Assembly (NCBI GenBank): GCA_000708835.1
Contig: DF237411.1
Location: forward strand, 10,937 to 74,936
Length of the DNA: 64,000 nucleotides
Origin: Klebsormidium nitens
Lineage: Eukaryota > Plantae > Klebsormidiophyceae
Direction of reading: 5' to 3'
This document shows positions 47,101 to 57,614 of the stretch, piece after piece (position 1 is the first letter of the stretch; every line of letters starts with the position of its first letter). The notes beneath the pieces are model-generated. The model saw only the letters and a list, made by a program, of their open reading frames with translations, was not told the DNA's origin and searched no databases. The translations under genes and the position numbers were made by a program.

Positions 47101-48908
47101 TTCCAAGACCCGTGCCATCTTCAAAAGGAGTACCCATTGGACACTGGTACTCGTTCTTACACCCTCTCATATCACATATCTCCACTGAAAGCCCCTCGGA
47201 AGCTCCTCAAACTTGCGAGATCCGCAGATTGCCTGCGCACCTCTCAAACCGGAGACCATTCTCAAGAGTCTGATTCTTATGGCCCACTATACTCGGACGC
47301 CCACGCACACCCCGTTCGGACGTCCTTGTTTACATCTCACTCAACCCGCAGCTCGTCATTGAAAGCCCCTAGGGTCCTCTCCTGTGGCATCCGCAAACTC
47401 GGCCCAGGTTTCAAGACTTCTGACGTTTCAAAACGTTCTGCGCTCCACACGTGTTATGCTCGGGCCCCGGACACCTGCGCTCACCGTCTTCGGACCGTCC
47501 TTCCTTCCATCTTACTCAAATCTGCAGATGTACGCTGTAAACCCCCATAATCCATAAATTCGGTAAAGTCAACCTGCGCAACTTTCAAGCTCGAAACAAA
47601 TGTGAGATTATCTTTGCAGTGGCGCATCATATTCCGAACGCCGACGCGCGTCGTCTTTGGACTGTCCTCTTAATCGTCCTACTCAAAATCGCAAATTTAC
47701 GCTGAAAGCGCCAAGAATCCGCAGACTCTGCTCCTGACCAAGCCTCATGACGTTTTGAAACACGTCTCTCCCGCTGTAGTGGCGCATCATGCCCCGGACG
47801 TCCACGCGCGTCGTCTTTGGGCTGCAGTTTGCAGATTTACGCTCAGCGCCTTCAAATATTGAAACCGGCAAACTCTTCCCGCTCACTTCTCATACTTAGC
47901 AAATGTGAAAATCTTATCTACGCAGTGGCGTATCATGCCCCGGACGTCCACGCGCGTTGTCTTCGGACTGTCCGTCGTTCTTCTGCACTTCCTGGTGATG
48001 CTCGAGTCGTCGCAGTGGACCAAGCTCTTCTTCGCCAAGATGCCTCTGTGGGCGAAGCTCATTCACACCATCGGCGCGCTGTGGCTGCTCACCTTTTGCT
48101 ACTACGTCAACACGCACTCGTCCGACTTCATCCGGGAGTACTTCGAGCAATACGTCGTTCCCAGAGTGAGTGATTTGACACTAACAATCAACTAACCGCG
48201 GCGATTGATTCCTGTTGTTTTACATTGGGGCCGGACAGAACTCTCCGTCTCGAAGCTTTAAAGAAGTCCTTTGAATAGGTTTGCATCTTGTCTAGTGAAA
48301 TATACTACGATCAAGCTCCCCTCTAGGTGTTTGCCGTTTGTCATAGGACTCCCTTCCTATAGGGAAACCTATACGTGGAATACAGTGGTTGAATCTGAGC
48401 TTTAGCAATCTGGTTTTTGACCTTGCATCAACCAAGTGCGATCGAAACTTCAACCTCAAGCAGTCGTCGTGGTCATTCAAAGCTGCAATCTCGTGCAGGA
48501 TCGGGAGCACTTGAAACATTTGAGGAGATTGAAGTCTGAACACTGTGAAGAATGGTGATGCTCGCAGCAACTTCCGGAATAAAAAGGGGTCAGCCCGCTC
48601 CAGACCAAACGCCGCATCGTGTCAAGTCACTGACGCGCCACGTGTCCCGTTCGCTGCAGGAAATCGTGAACGAGGGCCTCTACCGCTATGTCCGTCATCC
48701 CATCTACGCCTCCTACATGCTCCTTTTTGTTGCGTACGCATTCGCGATGCGCGCGCCCATCTCCGCGGGTTTGCTCGGTGCCGTCTCCCTCTGGTATTAC
48801 AACATCCGAGTGGAGATTGAGGAGGCGAAATTGGTGGGGCGGTTTGGACAGGACTACGTGGACTATATCCGCGAGGTGCCTTACCGGTATTGGCTTGGCG
48901 TTTACTGA
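44140..48908 (+). CDS. Plastid-targeted ICMT/PEMT-like (isoprenylcysteine carboxyl methyltransferase family) membrane protein
   Basis: Exons ~44140-45267 (Ser/Ala-rich transit-like start, VMVRAAAD, acidic linker), ~46069-46638 (multiple TM helices), 47926-~48165 and ~48660-48908. The end reads VVPR|EIVNEGLYRYVRHPIYASYMLL...EEAKLVGRFGQDYVDY...GVY*, which carries the RHPxY and EE ICMT-fold motifs. From memory it resembles Arabidopsis At5g59500. Confidence 0.85.
47590..47970 (+). repeat. Tandem copies (3) of acceptor plus exon start in an intron of the ICMT-like gene
   Basis: AG|TGGCGCATCAT...ACGCGCGTCGTCTTTGG copies start at 47620 and 47780; the real exon starts at 47926. Spacings are 160 and 146. 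Confidence 0.9.
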
Positions 48909-49780
48909 GTCACAATACTTTCTATTGAAAGCTGAGCGAGCTGGTACAGAACAGCAAACACTGAACGGTTTTGTGGGATCGGAGGATGAGTCACTTCCCG
49001 ACCTTCCATTTTAAGTCCTGCAATTTGGCACTGCTAGCGCTCTGAGCTATTCCAAAGCCCAAATCCGGAACTGTCTCATGGCATGCATGTATTTAAACAA
49101 AGGGTTGTCGATACCATTATCCAGAGAATCACGCCATATGCACGCTGCGATTGCGAGCTATATACTTCATATGGCCGGTCTGGTCAATCCCGTGCTCTCT
49201 CATGCGGTTCGGCCCCGCCCGGTAATGTGAGGCGGATGCATGTAGTACGCGTAGTAGAGCTATCGACCATGCAACTTAAAATCGTCCGATACTAACGCCT
49301 TGAGCATATCGCGGTATGTATGCATACTTAACCGATGCTAACCAAATACGGCGGCACGCTTACACACATGTGAGCCGCGCCACTTAGCCAGATCAATAAA
49401 GCCGGAGCATCGCGCGCAGGAAACGTACCATGTACTGTCGGTCCTGTGGCCAACATTTCTTCGGGTTTTAGGGTAAAAAAGAAATTAGCATGCCTCTGGA
49501 CCTATGCCAGTACCGCATGCGCACTTTTCGAGCTCCTTTGCACATGTGCAGCCACGTACACCATCCCGGCCAGCTGCCTGCTATATATGTCTGTAGTGCA
49601 CCATGTTTAAAGAATGACTGGTCGCGGGAAGGAGGCAATGGTTGCCATCAGAAAGAGGCGGTGCGCATATGCAACAAGTATCAGAACTCCAGTCTTTTCC
49701 TTCGAGACGCCGGGTCTGCGTCTTCATCAAAGTTATGCACTACTAGGACGGGCAAAGCTCATGGAGGATCAACGGGCCGG

Positions 49781-52700
49781 TCACGCAATGGGCGATGAAG
49801 CATTCGCTCCATGCCGTTCTAGGAAGGGAAGGTGATGCAGAGGGGGCGATTTGCCAAGGGAGTTCCACAGGATGTAGTCGCCCTCGACGACCTGCCAAGA
49901 AAGTTGTGCGTAACCGTTTGCTTTGTTTAAAAACCCAAGAACGAAATCAAAGAGCCTGAAGTCAAGCGGACAAACCACAACGGACTGCGCATTGCATGTG
50001 ATCAATTCCCAAGTGGTCCAAGCAAGTCGTTCTCTGACTATTTGAATCTACTTGGTTCATCTGCCAAGATCCAAAAATTCTACCTGCAGTTTTCAAAGGC
50101 TGCCAAGACACAGGGATGTGTCAAAGAGGACTCTTGAAAAAGCTGAAGAGGCTCAGATGGGTCTTGGATGACGGAAACTCAACACAAAACTGCGCCTAAT
50201 TTGAGGAAGCGGGCCATATCCACCGGTCACTTACAATCCAGCGCCCTAAATTCTCCTGCCCTTCATCCGACGTGGATCTTAGTAAAATCGATTTGAAGGG
50301 TTCTCCTGACGACTACAGAAACGTCTCCCATGATTGACAGCAAGCTCTCAATTAACAGAATTTCGAATCCTGCGTTTCTTGTCGGAAAGGGTTTGCGGAA
50401 TCGTCCCCTCCGGAACCTCGACCGCATTGGAAAGTACGGCCTGCTTTTCGAGAGACGTAGAACGACAAAAGCTCGTCAGAGCATTGGCCGCCTTGATTGC
50501 AGTGTTGCTTCACCTCGTAAGTCGCTTCGACGGAGGCCTTTGCCGGAGGGTAAATCAGAACCTTGGAGGTGTCAATCGCGGTTTCAGTCAAGGAGCAGCC
50601 CGAAACCCTGCATGGAAGACGAGAGAGCTCGACGAAGTTTTTTGCCGCTTTCTGCGGGGCGTCTGCATGGAGCATAACAAGACGACCAAACAGTTGGGTT
50701 GACCGTATTTGAAAGACATTCACACAAATTGAAAAGTTTTTAGCCAAGACCTTCACCTTGTGGATTCAATCCTAAAAAGCACTGAATACTTTTCTGACGA
50801 AGTATAAAAGTGTACCACTTAGAGGAGCTGTGTGGCTTCCGGTTGAAACAGATAGGACCAGCGGTCAACAGGCGGTAAAAGAAACTCAGGACATACGAAT
50901 GACTGTAGAAGAGTCACTTCGGTGGCCTCACTTGAAAGAGACGCGCGCATGACTGTACTGATCCCAGGCGAACGGATCGGCCCACGTGGCAGGCCGGCTG
51001 GCGGAGCTGGTCGTGGCGTCATCATCCACGTCATCGGCCTGGGAGATACGATTCCAACTTTTTGGAAAGTGCCTTCATGATCCCTGGAGAAGACGACTGC
51101 CTTTTACAAAAGTACCACTTCGTTGCTGACGCCACGTCGGAAGGGCGTGAAACCGTCCGTAGAATCAGAGATGACAGCAGAGATTGGGCGCCCCAAACCC
51201 CAAAAAAAAGGTTATGTACAGATACTTCAAAAAAGGGGCCATGTAGGTAAGCGTTTGCTCTCAAGTTTCTCGTGGGCCAGACGGAAAAAGCACAACGCAC
51301 CAGCTGCTAAATGGGGATTTGATCGCACGTCGTAAGCACTTGACAGTAGTTTTCAACCCGCGGTGGCGTACTCACAATCTGACCCTTTAGCAGATTCGAA
51401 CTCTGGTCGACCTTCAATGCACGACTCCTTTTTCTCGCGCTCCACGAAAGTCCTCACCGTGCAATCCATTGGCCCGGCCTTTAAAATTTCAGTGCCCGGT
51501 TGTTTCGTCCCGGCAGCCTTTTATATACATCGCTGAAAGCGTGGCTTTTCCGGTGTCTCCTCGAACTACCTCTCTTCCTTTTCAATCTCTGATCGAGAAA
51601 ACTCAACGATCCCTAATCCGAAAAGTTGACAAGTAGATCTTACCGTGTAGTCCATCGGCCCCGCCTCAAGCTTTGTAGTGCCCTGTTTCTCTTTCCCGGC
51701 CACTTTAAGCACGATCTCTGAAAGCCTGGCTTTCCCAGTTTTCCCCCCGAACCATTTCCCTGCTTTCCATTCCCTTATCGAACAGTATAATGGCAATTCT
51801 CACCGTATAATCCATCGGCCCGGCCTCTGGCTTCTCAGTGCCCGGTTCTTGATTCCGGGCCGCTGTAGCACGGTCGCCAAGAGCGTGGCCTCCGCAGTCT
51901 TCCCCCCGAACTATTTCCCGTACCTTTCGAAAACCCTTATCAAAAAAGTTCGACGAAGAAATCTCACCGTGTAATCCATTGGCCCTGCCTCAGGCTTCGC
52001 AGTGCCCGGTCCCTTCAACCCGGCCGCAGTAAGCACCGTCGTTGAAAGCGTAGCTTCCCGGGTCTTCCCCCCAGACCATCTCCCTGCCTTGCAATCCCTT
52101 ATCGAACAAATTTTATGCGAATCTCTCACCGTGTAATCCATCGGCCCGGCCTCTGGCATTGTAGTGCCCGGTCCCTTCAACCCGGGCGCTGTAAGCACGG
52201 TCGCCGAGAGCGTGGCTTCGCCGGTCTTCCCCCCGAACCATCTCCCGGGCGTAACCACCCGCCACACCAGCGATCCGTCTTGAGGCGCGAGCGAACCAAC
52301 GGAGGGAGTCCCTTCCACCGATACAATCGTCCTGCGAGTAGAAACAGACCAATTTGTTAGTGGTTAAGTATTTGTAATGACTGGATCTGCTTAGACCAAA
52401 ATCACGCGCCACGCCAGCGAGCCGTCCTGGGGCGCGAGCGAACCAACGGAGGGAGTCCCTTCCACCGATACAATCGTCCTGCGAGTAAAAAACAGACCAA
52501 TTTGTTAATGGTTAAGTATTAGTAATGACTGATCTGCTTAGACCAAAATCACGCGTCACACCAGCGAGTCGTCCTGCGGCGCGAGCGAACCATCCGACGG
52601 AGTCCCTTCCACCGACGCGATTGTTCTGTAATTAAGGATTGAGGTTAACAGGTAAACCCAGCATATAGGGGTTCTCCAACAGTGAAAACTGGACTTGGTT

Positions 52701-55700
52701 AGGGCAAACCACCCGCCACACTTGTAAGCCATCCTGGGGCGCGAGCGAGCCCACCGACGGAGCCCCTTCCAACGACGCGATTCACCCTCCATAGGGGCAA
52801 ACACAAAGATTGCAAAGTGGATTCATCTAGAGCGGATTGAAAAACGTGCAGCCTTGCCCAGGCTCATTAAGAAGGTTCAGCTGGTGAGAGCATCAGACCT
52901 TAAATTGCGTCGCTGATAAAGCTCTATGGAAAGGAGCCCCGATGGGTTTGTGGGGACACGGATTGGTTTGCAAAGCACCCCGCAAGCCCGATGTTGTGCG
53001 ATGGGTTTTGGTTTCCTTTGTTGGGCTAGGCCGAATTGACTTAGTAGGCCGAATTGACTTAGTAAGGGACTGAAGCATGGTGAAAGTCAGATCCCTGAAA
53101 GATTTCTAGATTTGTAAGTTCAATGTTAGGAAACAAACCAATGATTACAAAATTCATATGAGCCGATCAGGTTCCTGATGAATGGCCTTCCGCAATCCAA
53201 GAGACCCCCACGCCAACACTTTAGCGCAGACTACGGAAATAACGAGACCATCCGGTATGCAAGGGCAGAGCTTCAAAGAACAACCTGCCGGGTACGACCA
53301 AGGATTTGACAAGACGAAATGAGTTTTCAGATGCAAAGTCAGTTGCCATATATAGGAACGCACCTTCCAGGAAAGGGTATGGTTAGCGTGCAGTGTTCCA
53401 AACTGCTCTCCTTTCGGAGCCCCTCCATTAGCGTCAGTCGTATGAGCACCGCCGCCTTCGACTCCGAAAGCAGCTGGATCTGGAGGAAGCCGCGGATGGG
53501 CGCCTTTTCACACCGTCCGGGGGCCTGGTAGCGGGCGAGTGTGAACAGGCCCAAGGGAGGGGACAGGCAGAGCGTGGCGCCGTAGGGGGTGGGCTCGGGA
53601 GACTGCGAGAAGCAACGTCAACGCGGGACTCAGAATTTTATTCGATTTGAGCTTTCTAAGGAGATTTTGCGACATGGGTCCTCTGTCGGCTCAAGATACT
53701 CGGCACACTTTCTTCGTGGTATATGCCCAGGTGTTTCTACAGTACCGCGACAACTTAGGCCTTTTAAGATCGTTGCGGGCTTCCAACAACGCGTCTTAAA
53801 GACGTCAAATGGCTTGCAATCGACGTGCATCTCAACGGAAGCTTGTATACTGCCGTTGCGCTGCATGGTTGCCTTTGACAACGTTTCTTTTCTTCAAATC
53901 AGATCCTTAAATGCATTTTCTCGCCGTTCGAAACGGATTGTACTTCACGAAGGGGTCCGCACCTGTGCATTTGGATGAACTGAAAGCGCGCGCACGCTGG
54001 CGCCTCTAGGAAACGACAGTGGCACGGTGACGTCAGGCAGGCCCTCCAGGTCGGCGCGGCATACGACCTCCCCGCTGATGGATACGACGTCCTCCACTTC
54101 TGGTCTGCGGACAAGCAGAAATAAACTTTCCTTGGACTTCAGGACGGAATTTTTCGAAGCGCCAGGTGTCGTCTGTGCTGAGGATCAAAAACGGGGCACG
54201 GGATCACAGAATTAAAGCATTGAGAGGCTTCTGTCAATCAGAATCAGAAAACGTCCGGCCACAAGATGAAAGTTGAACCAAGCCGGATTGAGTCCACTTT
54301 GCTGTAGTTCGTGGTTGTCAAAGGCCTCGAAGGCGTAATCCGTTGCGTCCAAGACTGTGAGGCACCAGAAATCGGCACAGAACCGACTCCGCTCGAGGAA
54401 TAAATGGACAGCGCTCACGCCGCTTCGTATCTGGGATTTTGATGCTCGATTTCGTTCATCCAAAGCCGATCGTCTCACCTGTCGAAAAGAGCTGCGGTGA
54501 CCCTCTCCCTGACCATCAGAAACAGGCGCTGCTTGCCGCGGTACAGGTAGGGCTTCCAGTACGGCTGCGTCAGATCGGCGGGGGGGACATCCGCTGCGCC
54601 AAAGCCGTTTGACGCAAGGGCGGACGTCAGCGAGGGGTTCAAGTCCAGGGGCCGTCCTGAATCAGACAGTTTCACGGGACTCGTCAAATTCGCGACCCCA
54701 TTGGTTGGCAGAGCTTCTTGGCATCCTTGCTTTTGTACTACGAGGCTTTGATGATCAGTTGAGGACCGGTCAGTCCGCTTGACAAACGGGCTTCAATCAG
54801 AAAGTTTCGAACCATTACACCTTTGCAACGTTCTTGAGCGCTTTTCGACGCCTGACTGGTACAGGTGCCTTCTCTTGATAAGTTTCTTCAGTTCAAGCAA
54901 TGGTTGAGCAAAGAAAGGAGGTTAGAGTGAAATATTCCATCAGAAGAGGTTTTCGGCCCTTCAATACAAGTATCCAATCCCGCAACGTTTGCAGGAATGA
55001 CGCTCATTGACAAGAGGCTTAGAATTCCATTTCGTTGGATGGCTTGAAGCTATCACATCAATTGCTTGATGCTTGCAGATGGAAGAAGATGCGTCTTCTG
55101 GCCTCTTGACGGCCTACTTCTATCCTGAAACAGAGACCTGCGTTGGCAAACCTAGATTGTTCCGTGACTGAAGACCAGAATCAGAAGGTCACAATTGTCT
55201 CAAGATAGGACTGACGCTTTAACGCTTACCATATCACTAAGAACCTCAGAACCTGCCGTTACAACCATCCACCAAAGCAGCAAGGGGGCTCACCCATAGG
55301 CATGGCCCCAGCTATAAATGTCCGCAGTGCATCTTTGTCCTCCTTCCTAAGAACCCCCGCTGACGAGCCCGCCGGTTCCGTTCTAACACTCGGTACTCCC
55401 CCACCTTTCTGAGAGCCGCTCTTTGCGAAGCCCGTCAGACTGTCTACCAGGCCGAAGGAGTAGAGAGAAGCAGCGGAGGGCGCACTTGGGGGGGGGATTG
55501 CGGGAGGGGGCGTCAGAACGTTACCGAGTGCGGCGGCGACAGCGAGAGCCCTGTATGGAATAGAGGGGTGCGAGAACTCTTTTTGCTTGTATCTTTTCTT
55601 GGGCCCGTTTTTGTTGTTTCCTACAATTTGCAACTTCCTTTTGAAGTGACCTAGGGTCTTTTCGATCCGAGAAAGTGCAATTGTTCACCACCCCTTCGAA

Positions 55701-56946
55701 AAGTCTTGTAAGAAGACATTCCAAACAGCATAATGCTTGGTAGGCCTGATGCTGCTGGCTTTGCGGAGGGGAGACACAAGGAGTCCCTCGGCTCATGTGA
55801 AGGACGAATAAGCCTAGGTGACGAATCAGGGTGACTATTTCATTCTCTCTGGCATCGGCCTTTAACAAAAAAACCGGGGCATTTGAGTACGGGGGTTACC
55901 ACTTGAGGAGCAAGTCAAAGACTCTGCATCTCACCGGACAACGGGATCAAACTCAATCCTTTTACAGACACCTCTCTAAAATCACAGAATAGACTTCGGC
56001 AGCCTAGTTGGAAGGCATCCTAAATGCAACAAACAGGTCCCACATCATTCTCTGATCCAACAAATAGTAGTGTGATACTGAGACAGTGACAGCAGATTGG
56101 AAGTAAGAGCAGCTTACATGGTGATGGCCGGTGTCAGCAGCACCAAGGTGGAGAGGTCAGCAATCTTTGGGGCGCTTGAGGAGTTGACAGACTCATAACA
56201 CTGCAGCGCCTGCAGGTCAATAGAAGGGCCTTAAACATCTATAAATGGCCAACCCCTGTCCACCTGGCAACTTTTCTCTCAAAGCAGGACTGTAAGAGCA
56301 GGAAAACTAGATTGGTGAACTCTACTCCAGCGCTCACCTGGAAACTTTCCACGACAAAAGGGTCCACCAGCGGGAGAACTAGAATGGTGAACGCCCCTTG
56401 TGCGTGGTGCTTGACGACCGGCCAGAGCAGGCCCCCATCCGTGCGCAGGCCGATCACGTGCTGAGTCAGCGGGTCATCTAGCCATGCATCAGTCCCTGCT
56501 GGATTCCCCAGCTTCCGCAGACCCTGGCTTGCGCGCATGGCTTCTTGGTGCTTTTGAAAGCACCGGGCGACTTCAGCATCAAACGGGATCCTTCCACCAA
56601 TCTCCAAACTTCCATCTGACTGTTTGCCATGTCCTGACTGCTGTGCTACACTGCCTGTGTGGTCAGGAGCGAGTCTCTGCGTCACAAACGGCATCGTCCT
56701 AACACCCGGCCTACTGCCGTTTGGAGCATTCTCTGGGGACACCGATTGCACAGATTGGGGCTGTTCAGGCTGCAGATTGCTACCATCTTCTGAGCTTCTT
56801 GAGGGCTTTTCCAGTCTGGCTGCATCAGTAGCTGCAGACTGTAGCTGCCGCCACTGGCGCTCGACGGAGGGAAACTTGCGAGAGAAGCACACCTCGCCTG
56901 AGGAGCTGCTCAGGATCCACAGGGCACGCAGCGCGCACGCCTCCAT
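49781..56946 (-). CDS. AP5M1: AP-5 complex subunit mu, about 11 exons
   Basis: MEACALRALWIL...FSRKFPSVERQWR; WLDDPLTQHVIGL...LLWPVV; GRPLDL...YWKPYLYRGKQRL; CRADLEGLPDVTVPL; PPLGLFTLARYQ; EGTPSVG; DPFAWDQYSHARVSFK; GDYILWNSLGK. These match recalled plant AP5M motifs. Stop at 49781. Confidence 0.93.
51450..52250 (-). repeat. Five tandem copies of an AP5M1 exon 3' half plus donor
   Basis: ...GGCCGGGCCGATGGATTACACG|GTGAG/GTAAG donors at 52125-52129, 51963-51967, 51799-51803, 51639-51643 and 51453-51457. Spacings are 162, 164, 160 and 186. Confidence 0.92.
52255..52790 (-). repeat. Four tandem copies of the acceptor plus 5' half of the same AP5M1 exon
   Basis: CAG|GACGATTGTATCGGTGGAAGGGACTCC... 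acceptors at 52332-52334 (real), 52479-52481 and 52626-52628, plus a copy lacking the AG near 52786. Spacings are 147, 147 and 160. Confidence 0.92.
53027..53064. repeat. 18-bp perfect direct repeat, 2 copies, intronic
   Basis: ggccgaattgacttagta occurs at 53029 and 53047. Confidence 0.85.
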
Positions 56947-57614
56947 ATGCTGAGGGTATCGATCAAAGAGAAAGACTGCGAGAGCTCTTGCAGCGATTCA
57001 GAAGAAGGCTTCTCATTGGCCAGCATCCAATGCCACAAATCTTATGGTATGATGGCCTGCTACATAGAATGGCTTCGCGTGTTGCTTGCACGGGGATTGC
57101 TCTTGCGCCTCAGCACCTGATCCTGCGCATTGTGCCTTGCCTGTAGCCTTGAAATTGTAGGTGTCTCCTGAAGGAGAAGATAAAATACGCAGCGCCTTGA
57201 CTCTGACTCTGAGTCTGAGCTAGCAGGAATGGATGGACTGGGAAAGTCAAAGATATAGTGTCAAGCAATCTTCAAGGGAACCCTTCAGAAACGGCATAGA
57301 CCACGGCCGTTCTGCCGGTTTGTACCGCAAACCCGGCGTCGGTCTCTCAGACGTTTATTCCAGCCCGCCAAACTGTGCCCACTCAAACTGACACCAGCAG
57401 TTACACTGACAGACCAAAAAATCTGCACAGTTTCCTGAGTCTGGAGTTTCTCGTCCGTCCTTCAAGTTCCCATGAGGCTGCATGCTGACCTTGTTTTGCT
57501 CAAGAATTGCAGAAGATCGCAATGGCATGCGCATTGGAGGGAGTCCAAACAAAAGCTTCGACGTGACAGCTACAAAAGGCAAACAGCAAATGTAGGCGTA
57601 GGAGCTGAGTAGCC

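Noticed and set aside
51600-52100. Donor-side copies as in-frame cassette exons
   Set aside because: Their upstream CAG would start the exon in phase 1 while the preceding exon ends in phase 0, so only alternative-donor use preserves the frame.
51450-52790. CRISPR array or satellite, or a separate repeat-protein gene (ORFs 51911-52318, 52113-52412, 51566-51796)
   Set aside because: The units are partial copies of an AP5M1 exon and its splice sites. The alternative frame (EMVRGED...) is broken by a stop in the second copy.
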